In this document: positions 1-10,487 of the stretch, one piece after another
Layout: every line of letters starts with the position of its first letter
How positions within the stretch are numbered: the first letter of the stretch is position 1
DNA from: an uncultured delta proteobacterium
Lineage (GTDB): Bacteria; Desulfobacterota; Binatia; UBA9968
NCBI GenBank assembly: GCA_963737905.1
Contig: CAVTUQ010000007.1
Location: 1-64,000 of the forward strand
Reading direction: 5' to 3'
DNA: 64,000 nucleotides
Notes under the pieces: model-generated
What the model was told of the DNA's origin: nothing
What the model saw: the letters and a program-made list of their open reading frames with translations, nothing else
The model's database searches: none
Made by a program: the position numbers and the translations under genes

Positions 1-180
1 CCATTTCGAGCCGCCCTTCTTGGAGGTAAACATCGACCTTGGCTGGAACTACTCGCCGAGTCAGGATTTTATCCAGAGGAAAAGTTGCTTGCGCTAAAGA
101 GAGAAACGGGCGAGTTGAAGGGGATATTTGTCAGCATCGTAAGAAAGACCAAAGCAAATGCCAAACCTCCGAAACCCTAG
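1..180 (+). CDS. C-terminal part of a four-helix-bundle (23S rRNA intervening-sequence-like) protein; partial or remnant
   Basis: Frame 1 (not in ORF track) reads ...WLELLAESGFYPEEKLLALKRETGELKGIFVSIVRKTKANAKPPKP*, stop TAG 178-180. The WLELL..ES and E..EL..IF motifs are typical of this family. Confidence 0.6.
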   Translation, partial: PFRAALLGGKHRPWLELLAESGFYPEEKLLALKRETGELKGIFVSIVRKTKANAKPPKP

Positions 181-199
181 CCTTCGTTTTTGTCTTTCT

Positions 200-655
200 A
201 AGCTTATCCTTTATCCCTTCGCCTTTATCCTTTCAGATATCCTTTATCCTTTAGCCTTTATCCTTTTCGAGAACTTATCCTGTTATCCATTTGCCCTTAT
301 CCCTTTCGGGGTCACGAGCACGAGCCACGAACACGGGTTATCCCCTCACTTTTCACCCCAAACACCTCACGCCGAAAAAATGCTTGTCAGATCCGGCTCA
401 TATCGCTAGAATGCCTCAAATTTATAGTTGCAGTTATCTTAGGCGCGGCGAGACCATTTTCCGGTTTATCCTTTATCCTTTTGCCTTTATCCTTTAGAAA
501 GGGGAGTTATCGTAGGCGGGTTGACCCTGATCACGTGCACGGATCACGAACAACCGGTTTATCAGTTCTCGTTTGCACTTATCCTAGATTCACGGTGGAC
601 TATGGGGGAGGTAAATCGGTTTCATCCTTTATCCCTTTGCCTTTATCCTTTTAAG
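200..655 (+). repeat. Degenerate 7-nt tandem repeat clusters (TTATCCT/TTAGCCT; also TCACnnn units)
   Basis: Runs such as ttatcct ttatccc ttcgcct ttatcct and ttatcct ttagcct ttatcct at ~205-305, ~465-495 and ~620-652. Confidence 0.8.
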
Positions 656-982
656 AGCGGCACGGCTCTTTACCTCATTCCGCTTTCAGCTTTGATCATT
701 CATCCTTGTCTTAGCGCGCGCCCAGGTTTGGTAAAGCCGTCTTTATTAAAGTGTTTGCAGAGCAACTTGAGAGTTGTTTGATGTATCTGTCACTGGGTGG
801 ATTAAGAACGTGGGTGAGTGTCCTCTAAATTGATCGGAAGATTGTTTAGATAGCATATCCCGTCAGAATCATCCCGCCAATCTAACTGGTGACTGCGATG
901 GTGTTTGAATCAGATGAACAACGCAGGACCGATACCAAAGACCCCTGCGGTTGCCAGTTAGTCAGAACGCCTAAGTCACAAA

Positions 983-3861
983 ATGCCTGATCCCGAGAAA
1001 CTAGCCCGAGAAGAAATCGATGCATTGCTCGGTCCGTGCGGTTGGGTCGTGCAGGACAAAAATGCCGTGAATCTCGCCGCGTCACGCGGCGTCGCGGTGC
1101 GCGAGCTCACTTTCAAGACCGGGGAACCAGACTACACGCTCTTCGTTGACGGCAAGGCGATCGGGACGGTAGAGGCAAAACCCGCCGGGCATTCACTTAC
1201 CGGGGTCGAGGAGCAATCCGAGAAGTACGTTAAAGGCGTTCCTTTCGGCATTCCCGCATGGCGGTCGCCTCTACCTTTCTCTTACGAGTCCACCGGCACC
1301 GAAACCCGCTTTACCAATCGGCTCGATCCAGTACCGCGCAGTCGTAACTTATTTGCCTTTCATCGTCCGGAGGCGCTGCTCGACTGGATGGAAAAGGACG
1401 CTCGTCCACAAGCGGTCGATACGATCGCCGATTACGCCAGCCGTAAGGGCACTCTGCTGACGCGTCTGCAGCACATGCCGCCGCTGATCGATGATCTATG
1501 GCCGCCCAAGCCGCAAGCGATCATGAATATCGAGCAATCCTTGCGCGACAACCGGCCGCGCGCACTCGTGCAGATGGCTACCGGCTCGGGTAAAACGCTG
1601 CTGGCGATCGTTTTGAGCTACCGATTGATCAAGTTCGCCGGCGCCAAGCGGATTCTGTTTTTGGTCGATCGAGGCAATCTGGGAAAACAGACGTTGGGGG
1701 AGCTTCAGCAGTATGTATCGCCCTACAACAACTATAAATTCCACGAGGAATACATCATCCAGCGCCTGACCTCGAACACGCTCGATACCAGCGCGCGCGT
1801 TTGCATCGGCACGATTCAGCGCCTCTATTCGATGCTCAAGGGACAGGAGTCTGGATGAGGAAGCCGACGAGAGATCGGTCCAGGGTTTGGAAACACTGTT
1901 CAAAGAAGCGCCGCCCATAGAATACAACCCGGCCATCCCAATCGATACTTTCGATATTATCATCACCGACGAGTGCCACCGTTCCATCTACAACCTCTGG
2001 CGCCAGGTGCTGGAATACTTCGATGCCTCATCTCATCGGTCTCACCGCTACCCCATCCAAACAGACCTTCGGCTTTTTCAATCAGAACCTGGTAATGGAG
2101 TACAACCACGAGCGGGCGGTTGCCGACGGCGTTAACGTCAACTATGACGTCTATCGAATCCAGACCGAGGTCACGTCCCAAGGTGCCAAGATCGACGCCG
2201 GCTTCTACGTCGACAAACGCGATCGCCAGACGCGCAAGAAGCGCTGGGAGCTGCTCGACGAAGACTTTCAATACGCGGCCAACCAGCTCGACCGTGACGT
2301 GGTTGCCGAGGATCAGATCCGCACGGTGATGGAGACCTTTAGGGATAAGCTCTTCACGGAGATCTTTCCGGGGCGCGATCAAGTGCCGAAGACCCTGATC
2401 TTCGCCAAAGATGATTCCCATGCCGACGATATCGTGCGCATTTGCCGCGAAGTTTTCGACAAAGGCAACGACTTTTGCCAGAAGATCACGTACCGGACCG
2501 GTTTCGTGCGCGATGTGGAAAAGAAAATCGGAGCCGATGGGAAGGAGATCGAGGAAGTCGTCTGGAAGAAAGTATCGAACCTTTCGCCGGACCAAATCCT
2601 TCAAGCCTTTCGCAATAGCTACAACCCGCGTATTGCCGTCACGGTCGATATGATCGCGACCGGCACCGACGTTAAGCCGTTGGAGATCGTTTTCTTCATG
2701 CGCTCGGTAAAATCACGCGGCTTCTTCGAGCAGATGAAGGGCAGGGGCGTGCGGGTCATCCCCGAGACCGAAATGGAGCAGGTCAATCCCGGTATCAAGC
2801 GCAAAACCCGCTTCGTCATCGTCGATGCGGTGGGCATCTGCGAGCACGACATGACCGACTCCCGCCCATTAGAGAAAAAGCGCACCGTGACCTTCGACAA
2901 GCTGCTCGATGCCATCGCTCTCGGCAACCGCGAGCCCGAAGTTTTCGAAAGCCTCGCCGGCCGCCTGGTTCGTTTGGAAAAGCGCTTCGATGAAGCCCTC
3001 GAGGGTGAAGTGCGGACGACCGCGAAGGGCCAAACGCTCTGCCAGATCGCGCAGACCCTTCTCGCCTCGACCAACCCCGACGCCGTCGAAGCGAAAGCCA
3101 AGGAAGGCAAAGACCTATACTTTCAACCGACAGAAAAAGACCTACAATCCGCCCAAGCCAAACTGATGCAGGAAGCCGTCGCGCCGCTCGCGACCAATCC
3201 TGCACTGCGCCAGCTTTTGATCAAGGTCCACCAGGCCAGCGAGCAGGTAATCGACGTGATCACTCGCGACCGGGTGCTCTTCGCCGGCGCCACGCAGCAA
3301 ACGACACAGAACGCGGAACAAGTGACGAAATCATTTCGCGACTACATCGAAAAACACAAAGCCGAGATCACCGCGCTGCAGCTTCTCTACAGCCGGCCAT
3401 ACCGCCACCGACTCACCGAGCCGATGCTCAAGGAGCTGGAGAAAAAGCTCCGCGAAGAACACGCTGCCTGGACCGAAGACCGCCTCTGGGACGCCTTCGC
3501 CGCCGTCGCGCCGAAGAAAGTGAAAGGACGTTCCCAAGCCGGCCGCTTCGCCGATCTTGTAGCTCTCGTCCGCTTCGCCCTCGAACGCGAGCAAACGCTT
3601 CAGCCCTTCGCCCAGACGGTCAATCAGCGCTTCATCGAGTGGATCGAAAGAAACATCGCTAAGGATATTATCTTCACTCCCGAGCAACGCGCCTGGCTCG
3701 AACTCATCCGCGACCACATCGCCACGGCCATCAGCATCGAGCCGAACGATTTCAACTACGCACCCTTCAGCCAGCGCGGCGGATTGGGAAAAGCCCATCA
3801 ACTCTTCGGTAACGACCTTCCGAAGTTGCTCGATGAACTCAACGAGATATTGGCGGCGTGA
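983..3861 (+). CDS. hsdR: Type I restriction enzyme R subunit, split by two frameshifts (~1853, ~2027)
   Basis: PDY..VEAK nuclease motif, MATGSGKT Walker A, DECHRS DEAH box, GLTATP, EQMKGRG and an EcoEI-R-like C-terminus, spread over ORFs 983-1858, 1887-2135 and 2023-3861. Confidence 0.93.
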
Positions 3862-5248
3862 GGAATCATTGCGAGAGATCGTCCCGGTGGCAAACGTAAG
3901 TCGACTGGGTGACATTGATCGACGGTCGAATGGATGAGACTCCAAGGACGAAGTTTCGCGCATTCTCGGTAGAGACTATTCCGTGAAGGTTAAGTCTGCC
4001 GAATTTCGCAAGGGCACTGGTCCGAATACGGCAGAATCACTATCCGAAGGTTGGGAATATGGATGCATCCGTGCCGCAAAGATATTGTCCGAAAGGCGAC
4101 GTTTTGCATCGCAGTGTACGCGTGCCACTGTGGGAAAACACGGGATTCTATGTCCTTCGAACAGCCACGAATCGGCTGTTCGTGGCATTATTCGCTTCCT
4201 GAGGTCGATAGACAAAGGTCTTGCCTACCGTATTTCTTCGACTATGCGGCGTCGCGGACTAATGTAATTGGAGCAAGCGCGTGGATCCACGTCGAATATC
4301 AGCCAGGAAAATCATTCGTGATCACGAATTTCCATCTCGCCCCTCGAAGAACAGCGTGAGATCGTCGCGGAGATCGAGAAGCAATTCACACGGCTGGAGG
4401 CGGGAGTCGCGGGCTTGCGGCGCGTGCAGGCCAACCTCAAACGCTACCGCGCCGCCGTCCTCAAAGCCGCCTGCGAAGGCAAACTCGTCCCCACCGAAGC
4501 CGAACTCGCCCGCCAAGAAGGCCGAAATTTTGAGAGTGGCGCCCAACTTCTCGAACGCATCCTCATTGAACGGCGCCAGAAATGGAATGGGAAAGGAAAG
4601 TACAATGAGCCAGATAAACCGGATACAGCAAAATTGCCTCAGCTACCCAACGGATGGATATGGTCCACTCTAGGGCAAGTCTTCGATGTTTACGTTGGTG
4701 CAACTCCGAGCCGGCAGCGAAACGATTACTGGAACGGTGAGATTCCGTGGGTAAGCAGTGGTGAAGTCTCATTCTGCAGAATCCGGCAAACGCGCGAACG
4801 CATTACGGAGTTGGGATTGGCGAATTCTTCTACTGAAATCCATCCACCGGGAACGATCCTGATAGGAATGATTGGCGAGGGAAGGACGCGAGGCCAAGTC
4901 GCAATTTTAGATGTTGCTGCGTGCAACAACCAAAATTCCGCCGCGATACGAGTGTCGGAAGCTCGGTTGCCGCCTGAGTACACCTACTACTTCTTAATGA
5001 GCCAGTATGAACAAAATCGCAAATTAGGATCAGGCAACAATCAGCCCGCGTTGAACAAGACTCGGGTTCAGAATATTTCGTTCCCTCTCCCTCCTGTGGC
5101 CGAACAACAACGCCTCGTTGCCGAAGTGGATCGCCGATTGAGCGTGGTGGAGGAACTGGAAGCAGTCGTGAACGCCAACCTTCAGCGCGTTCGTCGCCTC
5201 CGCCAGTCGATCCTGCAGCGGGCGTTCGACCCGGAATTTGTACGGTAG
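3858..5248 (+). CDS. hsdS: Type I RM specificity subunit; first TRD heavily frameshifted, second TRD intact
   Basis: Conserved spacers PLEEQREIVAEIEKQFTRLEAG..NLKRYRAAVLKAACEGKL and PLPPVAEQQRLVAEV..LRQSILQRAF. TRD2 has GATPSR..IPWVSSGEV. The GTG start overlaps the hsdR stop. Confidence 0.88.
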
Positions 5249-5268
5249 ATGAGTAGAGACTTTTACCT

Positions 5269-6534
5269 ATGAGTATGAAAGCAACAAAACCGACCATCTA
5301 CGCATACGGTTTCGATAAGTATGGGTTTTCACTTCCCTCGCAGTCGATCGAAAGGGATGACTTCATCGTTAGGTTTATAGCCTATGAGTCAGATCTCTCG
5401 TTAGACTCCGCTGATGGGTTAGTGATTCCGAGCGGGATCTTCGAGCAGTATCATAGGGTTAAGGACATATTTGGTGAGCCGGCAGGACGCGACGTGCGCT
5501 ATGATAAGGCTTTACTCGCGGCTCGTGAGAAACAGCTTTTTAACGCATTTCAAAGAGGGATCTGGACTGCATTCTTACTAGGGGCGGTGGATAACGGTGA
5601 ATCCGAGAATTGGAAGGAAACAGATCTCGCCAAGAAGTTTCTAAATATGTTCACTGATCGTGTAGTAACACATGACCCCGTTCCCTATGTAAATTGTAAG
5701 GCGAGTGAATTCCGAATTTATTTGGACCGGTTCGGCATTGCCCAGACCCAATTCTCAGTCAAAGACGGGCTACAGACGTCGAAAATTCTCGCCCACGTGA
5801 GCGAGGCAGCAGTAGCGTTTGAAACTGGAGGACAATTTTTCTTTCTTCCGTTTTTCACAACGAAACGGGACGGAAAGGAATTAGTTGACGCGTTGAGCCT
5901 TACCGTTGGATCGATTCTTGAGTATAAGCGAAAGAATGACATTTACTTGCCTGCGTGGGTGAGCAAATTACAATTCAAGGCCGAGGCTAAAATTAGATTA
6001 GAAGTTCAGAAAGTGGAAAGGCAGCTCGTTAAACTGACGGAAGAAGTCGGGAAGTGGGAAAAGTACAAAGCCATCCTATGCACCTCTGGTTCAAACCTTA
6101 ATACGATTGTCGTCGAAGTGTTACGCGACTTTTTTGGCCTAGATCTCAAGAGCGAAGAAAAATATATAGAAGATGCTGTAATCTATGACCACACAGGCAA
6201 GCCGATTTTCGTTGTCGAGATCAAGGGCGTGAACGGAGGTATTAAAAGAGAGCAAATAAATCAAGTTGATTCCCATAGAGAGCGGCTTGGTTTCGGCTCA
6301 GACATCCCGGGGTTACTTGTCATTAACGATTTTATGGATGTCGAAAACTTCGACGAAAGAAAGGCCAAATCGTTTGACCCGCAAAACCTGACTCACGCGA
6401 GAAACAACAACGTAAAGATACTTCGAACGGTAACGCTTTTTGAAATGATGCTTGCGTTGGAAGACGCAACCGACCGAAAAGATCCATTATTGACGGCGTG
6501 CGAGACAGCGACTCCACTGCTGAAGGTTCCTTAA
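5269..6534 (+). CDS. Hypothetical protein with coiled coil and C-terminal PD-(D/E)xK-like nuclease domain (putative defence effector)
   Basis: 421-aa intact ORF, visibly AT-richer than hsdR, with IEDAVIYD..IFVVEIKG..QINQV motif after a coiled-coil segment. Confidence 0.7.
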   Translation: MSMKATKPTIYAYGFDKYGFSLPSQSIERDDFIVRFIAYESDLSLDSADGLVIPSGIFEQYHRVKDIFGEPAGRDVRYDKALLAAREKQLFNAFQRGIWTAFLLGAVDNGESENWKETDLAKKFLNMFTDRVVTHDPVPYVNCKASEFRIYLDRFGIAQTQFSVKDGLQTSKILAHVSEAAVAFETGGQFFFLPFFTTKRDGKELVDALSLTVGSILEYKRKNDIYLPAWVSKLQFKAEAKIRLEVQKVERQLVKLTEEVGKWEKYKAILCTSGSNLNTIVVEVLRDFFGLDLKSEEKYIEDAVIYDHTGKPIFVVEIKGVNGGIKREQINQVDSHRERLGFGSDIPGLLVINDFMDVENFDERKAKSFDPQNLTHARNNNVKILRTVTLFEMMLALEDATDRKDPLLTACETATPLLKVP

Positions 6535-6745
6535 ATCGGATTATTTGGATCGACAGGTTTAGAAACATCGGAATTAGTGCAAGATTGTGCAATGACGGTC
6601 TGTCGTTCGGCGACGATCCTTTGGCGCAGGCTTTCCGGAGCCCAGTGGCTGCGCGTACGGTAAACTCTACTTGAGGGTTGAGGGCAGGATCTGAGGAGTT
6701 AACGTCTCTTTTGTTATTGCGAAAGGGCTGATCATCAACAAGGCA

Positions 6746-6980
6746 ATGCCGCCGCCGAATCCTACGCCGATATTTCGTTTCGTCCATTTGGACAATCTTG
6801 AGACGCTGATGCGTCGTGGCGCTCTTCATGCGCCGAATCACGTGCCGGCTGATAGCCTGCCTTACCGCGTCTGTCACGACCCCGAGGTCCAGAGTGCGCG
6901 TGCAGCGGTCAACATCACTGCCCGGGCCAGATGGAACGATTCAGACTAAGTGGCTTTTTATTTCAGCTATTTACGCCGAT
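6746..6980 (+). pseudogene. darT: DarT (DUF4433) DNA ADP-ribosyltransferase toxin, truncated N-terminal remnant
   Basis: PIFRFVHLDNLETLMRRGALHAPN..YRVCHDPEVQSARA, then after a frameshift GPDGTIQD*VAFYF (family motif GPGGTxHDYVPFYF). The rest is absent. Confidence 0.72.
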
Positions 6981-7099
6981 CCCGCAAAGTTGCCGTTCGC
7001 GCCTGCCGCGGCGCAATGAGCACATGATCTGGGGGTTGGAATGGTTCGACAAGATAGGCAAAATGATGTTAGAGAAGAAAGTTGAGGTGTGCTTTCGGA

Positions 7100-8056
7100 A
7101 TGTCGGCGCGAATTAAGACGCGGAAATATGAGCTAAGGTTAGAAGGCCTGGTGTCACCCTCGGGAACAATTCCGCTTGGGGCGATGCGGGAGGTTTGCGA
7201 GCTTTTGCTAGGCGCCGCGGAACGGGGTCTACGACTTGCTGTCGAGGGAACCAGCGTCAAGCGGGGACGATTGCCCTCCTGGCTCATGAAGTCGTTGGAT
7301 TTAAAGCTCATTGGGATGAAGACGGGGTCGACAATTCTGGCAATTGAGGCTCCATTGCTGGGTCAAACTGCGGAGCAGCAAATCCAACAGCAGGAATTGT
7401 GGTATGCCGTGCCGAAACCAGACGATACTGCTTTCACGCTATTATCGAAGTCGGTCCATGACACCACGGCCGAGACATTGGATAGTGATATGTATGATAG
7501 CGGCGTCCTCGACAGTTTATTACAGTTCAAGCCATTCCTGAGCGGGTACGCCAAAAAGATCGAGTTGCGATGCAAAGGCCGGCCGAAGGAACATTTCAAG
7601 CTTGGGGAGTCTGAACTGGAGAAGATTCAGAAACTCAAAGCAAAGACGCCTGAACCTCGCACCGTCATGGTATCCGGCCATTTTGATGCCATAGAGCACA
7701 GCAAACGGCGCTTCCGTCTGATGTTGAGTACTGGGGAGTTGGTGTTTGGCACGATTGATCCGGCATTTCTGAGTGTGGAAGACATGCGTCAATTTTGGGG
7801 CAAGAAAGCAACGATCAAAGGCATTGCTCATTTCCGGCCTTCTGGCAGGCCACGTCTCGTTGAGGCCCAAGTCATAAAGACGATGGAAGAAGGGGAAGAG
7901 GTATTCGACGTGCTTCCCGAAGTGCAGACCGAAGCTGCATTTCTCAAGGACATTCGTGAGCCGGTAACACCCACGGGTTGGTTAAATGATATCTGGGGTA
8001 AGTGGCCCGGTGACGAACCGATCGAAGAATTGTTGGCCGCGCTCGACGGCAACTAA
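7100..8056 (+). CDS. Hypothetical 318-aa protein, probable partner/antitoxin of the downstream PIN nuclease (possible C-terminal OB-like beta domain)
   Basis: ATG 7100 with GAGGTG RBS. C-terminal WGKWPGDEPIEELLAALD resembles PIN-antitoxin tails. Lies 9 bp upstream of the PIN gene. Confidence 0.7.
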   Translation: MSARIKTRKYELRLEGLVSPSGTIPLGAMREVCELLLGAAERGLRLAVEGTSVKRGRLPSWLMKSLDLKLIGMKTGSTILAIEAPLLGQTAEQQIQQQELWYAVPKPDDTAFTLLSKSVHDTTAETLDSDMYDSGVLDSLLQFKPFLSGYAKKIELRCKGRPKEHFKLGESELEKIQKLKAKTPEPRTVMVSGHFDAIEHSKRRFRLMLSTGELVFGTIDPAFLSVEDMRQFWGKKATIKGIAHFRPSGRPRLVEAQVIKTMEEGEEVFDVLPEVQTEAAFLKDIREPVTPTGWLNDIWGKWPGDEPIEELLAALDGN

Positions 8057-8065
8057 CTCCGCGTA

Positions 8066-8539
8066 GTGTCCACATATTTTCTCGACACAGGCATTCTCCT
8101 CGGTTACGTCCGCGCCGCAGCCTACGCCGAATACGCCGAGCGCAAGTATTCGGTATCACAACCTCCAAACGTGCCGTTATTATCGGTGGTCAGTAAGGGT
8201 GAGATCTATTCTCTTGCGGTTCAACGGAACTGGGGAACTCGAAGACGCCAAGTCCTTGAGGATTTACTGCGACAAATTCCCACCGTTAACATTAACACTG
8301 AGCGAATTATTGAACGGTATGCTGAAATTGATGCGTACAGTCAGGGTAAAAATCCAAACCGGCGTCTTCCCGTTGGATTGACATCGAGAAACATGGGAAA
8401 GAACGATCTCTGGATAGCCGCTACCAGCTCCGTGTTGAATGCTACGCTTTTGACCACGGATGGTGATTTCGACCATTTGAACGGTGTATATCTGACCGTC
8501 ATTCAGATCGATCAACGACTTACCGCGGCAGACGCATAG
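8066..8539 (+). CDS. PIN-domain (VapC-like) ribonuclease
   Basis: FLDTGIL, SKGEI, MGKNDLWIAAT and LLTTDGDFDHL acidic PIN motifs. Confidence 0.9.
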   Translation: MSTYFLDTGILLGYVRAAAYAEYAERKYSVSQPPNVPLLSVVSKGEIYSLAVQRNWGTRRRQVLEDLLRQIPTVNINTERIIERYAEIDAYSQGKNPNRRLPVGLTSRNMGKNDLWIAATSSVLNATLLTTDGDFDHLNGVYLTVIQIDQRLTAADA

Positions 8540-8541
8540 CA

Positions 8542-10027
8542 ATGGCCGATCAATCCCACCAACTGGTCCAAAAGCTCTGGAACTACTGCAACATCCTGCG
8601 TGATGACGGACTGTCGTACGGCGATTATGTCGAGCAGTTGACGTTTCTCCTATTTCTCAAAATGGCGGACGAGCAGAGCCGACCGCCTTCAACAAGCCGT
8701 CGCCCATTCCGAAAGACTTTGACTGGCCAAGCTTGCTCAAGCGTGACGGTGACGAGCTGGAGACGCACTATCGCCACGTTCTGGAATCGCTGGGCAAAGA
8801 GAAGGGGATGCTCGGCGTCATCTTCCGCAAGGCGCAGAACAAAATCCAGGACCCGGCGAAGCTCCGGCGATTGATCGTCGATCTGATCGACAAGGAGCAG
8901 TGGTCGTCGCTCTCCGCGGACGTGAAGGGCGACGCGTACGAAGGGCTGCTGCAGAAGAACGCCGAAGACGTGAAGGGTGGGGCGGGACAGTACTTCACGC
9001 CGCGGCCGTTGATCGCGGCGATCGTCGACGTGATGCGGCCCGAACCGAAGATGACGATCTGCGATCCGGCGTGCGGCACCGGCGGGTTTCTTGCTTGCGG
9101 CGTACAATTATTTGTCCGATCCGAAGCATTATCAGCTCGATCGCGAGCAGAAAATGAAACTAGCGAGCGGCACGCTCTACGGGGTCGAATTGGTGGACGG
9201 CGTGGCCCGGCTCTGTTGCATGAACATGCTGCTGCACGGCATCAGCGCAGACGGAGCGGATGAGGTGCCGATCGAGGTTCGTGATGCGCTCGGCAGCCAA
9301 GGTGGCAAGTACTACGAGATGGTCATGACCAATCCGCCGTTCGGCAAGAAGAGCAGCGTGACGATCGTGAACGAAAAAGGCGAGGCGGAGAAGGAAAGTT
9401 TGACGATTCACCGCGATGACTTCTGGGCGTCGACCAGCAACAAGCAGCTCAATTTTCTCCAGCATGTATTCACGATCCTTAAGCAGCACGGCCGGGCGGC
9501 GATCGTCGTGCCTGACAACGTGCTATTCGAAGGCGGCGCGGGGGAAACCGTTCGCCGCGAACTGCTAAGCAAGCGGACGTACACACGCTCCTGCGCCTGC
9601 CGACCGGAATCTTTTACGCCCAGGGCGTGAAGGCGAACGTGCTTTTCTTCGACCGCAAGCCGGCGCAGGAAAAGCCATGGACGGAAAAGCTCTGGATCTA
9701 TGACCTCAGAACCAACAAGCACTTCACTCTCAAGGAAAACCAACTGAAGCGCGCCGACCTGGACGACTTCGTCGCCTGTTACCACGCCGAAAACCGCCAC
9801 GAGCGCACAGAAAGCGAACGCTTCAAGTGCTTCTCCTACGACGACCTCATCAAACGCGACAAGGTCAACCTCGACATCTTCTGGCTCAAAGACGAATCCC
9901 TCGAAGACTCCGCCAATCTTCCGCCCCAGACATCATCGCCGCCGAGATTGTAGAAGACCTGGAGGCCGCACTAGAAGAGTTCGCCGAAATCGCCGCCGAT
10001 CTTAAGGCAAAAGACAGTCAATCTTAA
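8542..10027 (+). CDS. hsdM: Type I RM N6-adenine methyltransferase, split by ~4 frameshifts
   Basis: LVQKLWNYCNILRDDG, GAGQYFTPR, DPACGTGGF (motif I), TNPPF (motif IV), PDNVLFEGG and C-terminal IIAAEIVEDLEAAL, across five overlapping ORFs. Confidence 0.93.
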
Positions 10028-10487
10028 AAGGAGCAATCATGTCGTGAGATCTCCAGAAAGACTAACGGACACTGCCACTTTGTTGGAGATGCTTTTGGGT
10101 AGGACAAGAGAAGTAAGCGCCGGGTCGGACCTGTGCAAGACCTTGATTCCTCAATATAAGTTTGCAAAATAGGCGTTCGTAAAAGCCTTAGCCGTAGCTT
10201 TTTGGCGTTGAAACAAACGCTCTAAGGAGAGAAGCGATGCCGCGCGGAAAAATCGCTGCCTTCCGGGATGAGACCGGGTTCGGCAAACGGCAAATCGCCA
10301 AGCTGATCGGCGCGGGTATCTGCTGGTCGAACGCGGTCACTGGCTAGCCATAGTCAACCGCATCCCCACGGCCCTGAACCGCCGCGTACCCGCAGGAGAC
10401 ACAAATCTCGAACACGATCACCGAGGATTCCGAAACACGACACCCGCGACTTGAGAGCCAATAGTCGATGGCCGTAATAAAAACAGC

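Noticed and set aside
1-655. Diversity-generating retroelement (four-helix bundle as Avd)
   Set aside because: No reverse transcriptase or TR/VR pair with adenine-specific differences in the window.
39-781. ORFs 39-254, 158-409, 291-497 and 521-781
   Set aside because: Their FILYPF-type content is a product of the heptamer repeats; no RBS or family motifs.
10030-10480. Possible gene remnant after hsdM (RBS + MPRGKIAAFRDETGFGKRQIAKLIG...)
   Set aside because: Too short and degenerate to assign a family with any confidence.
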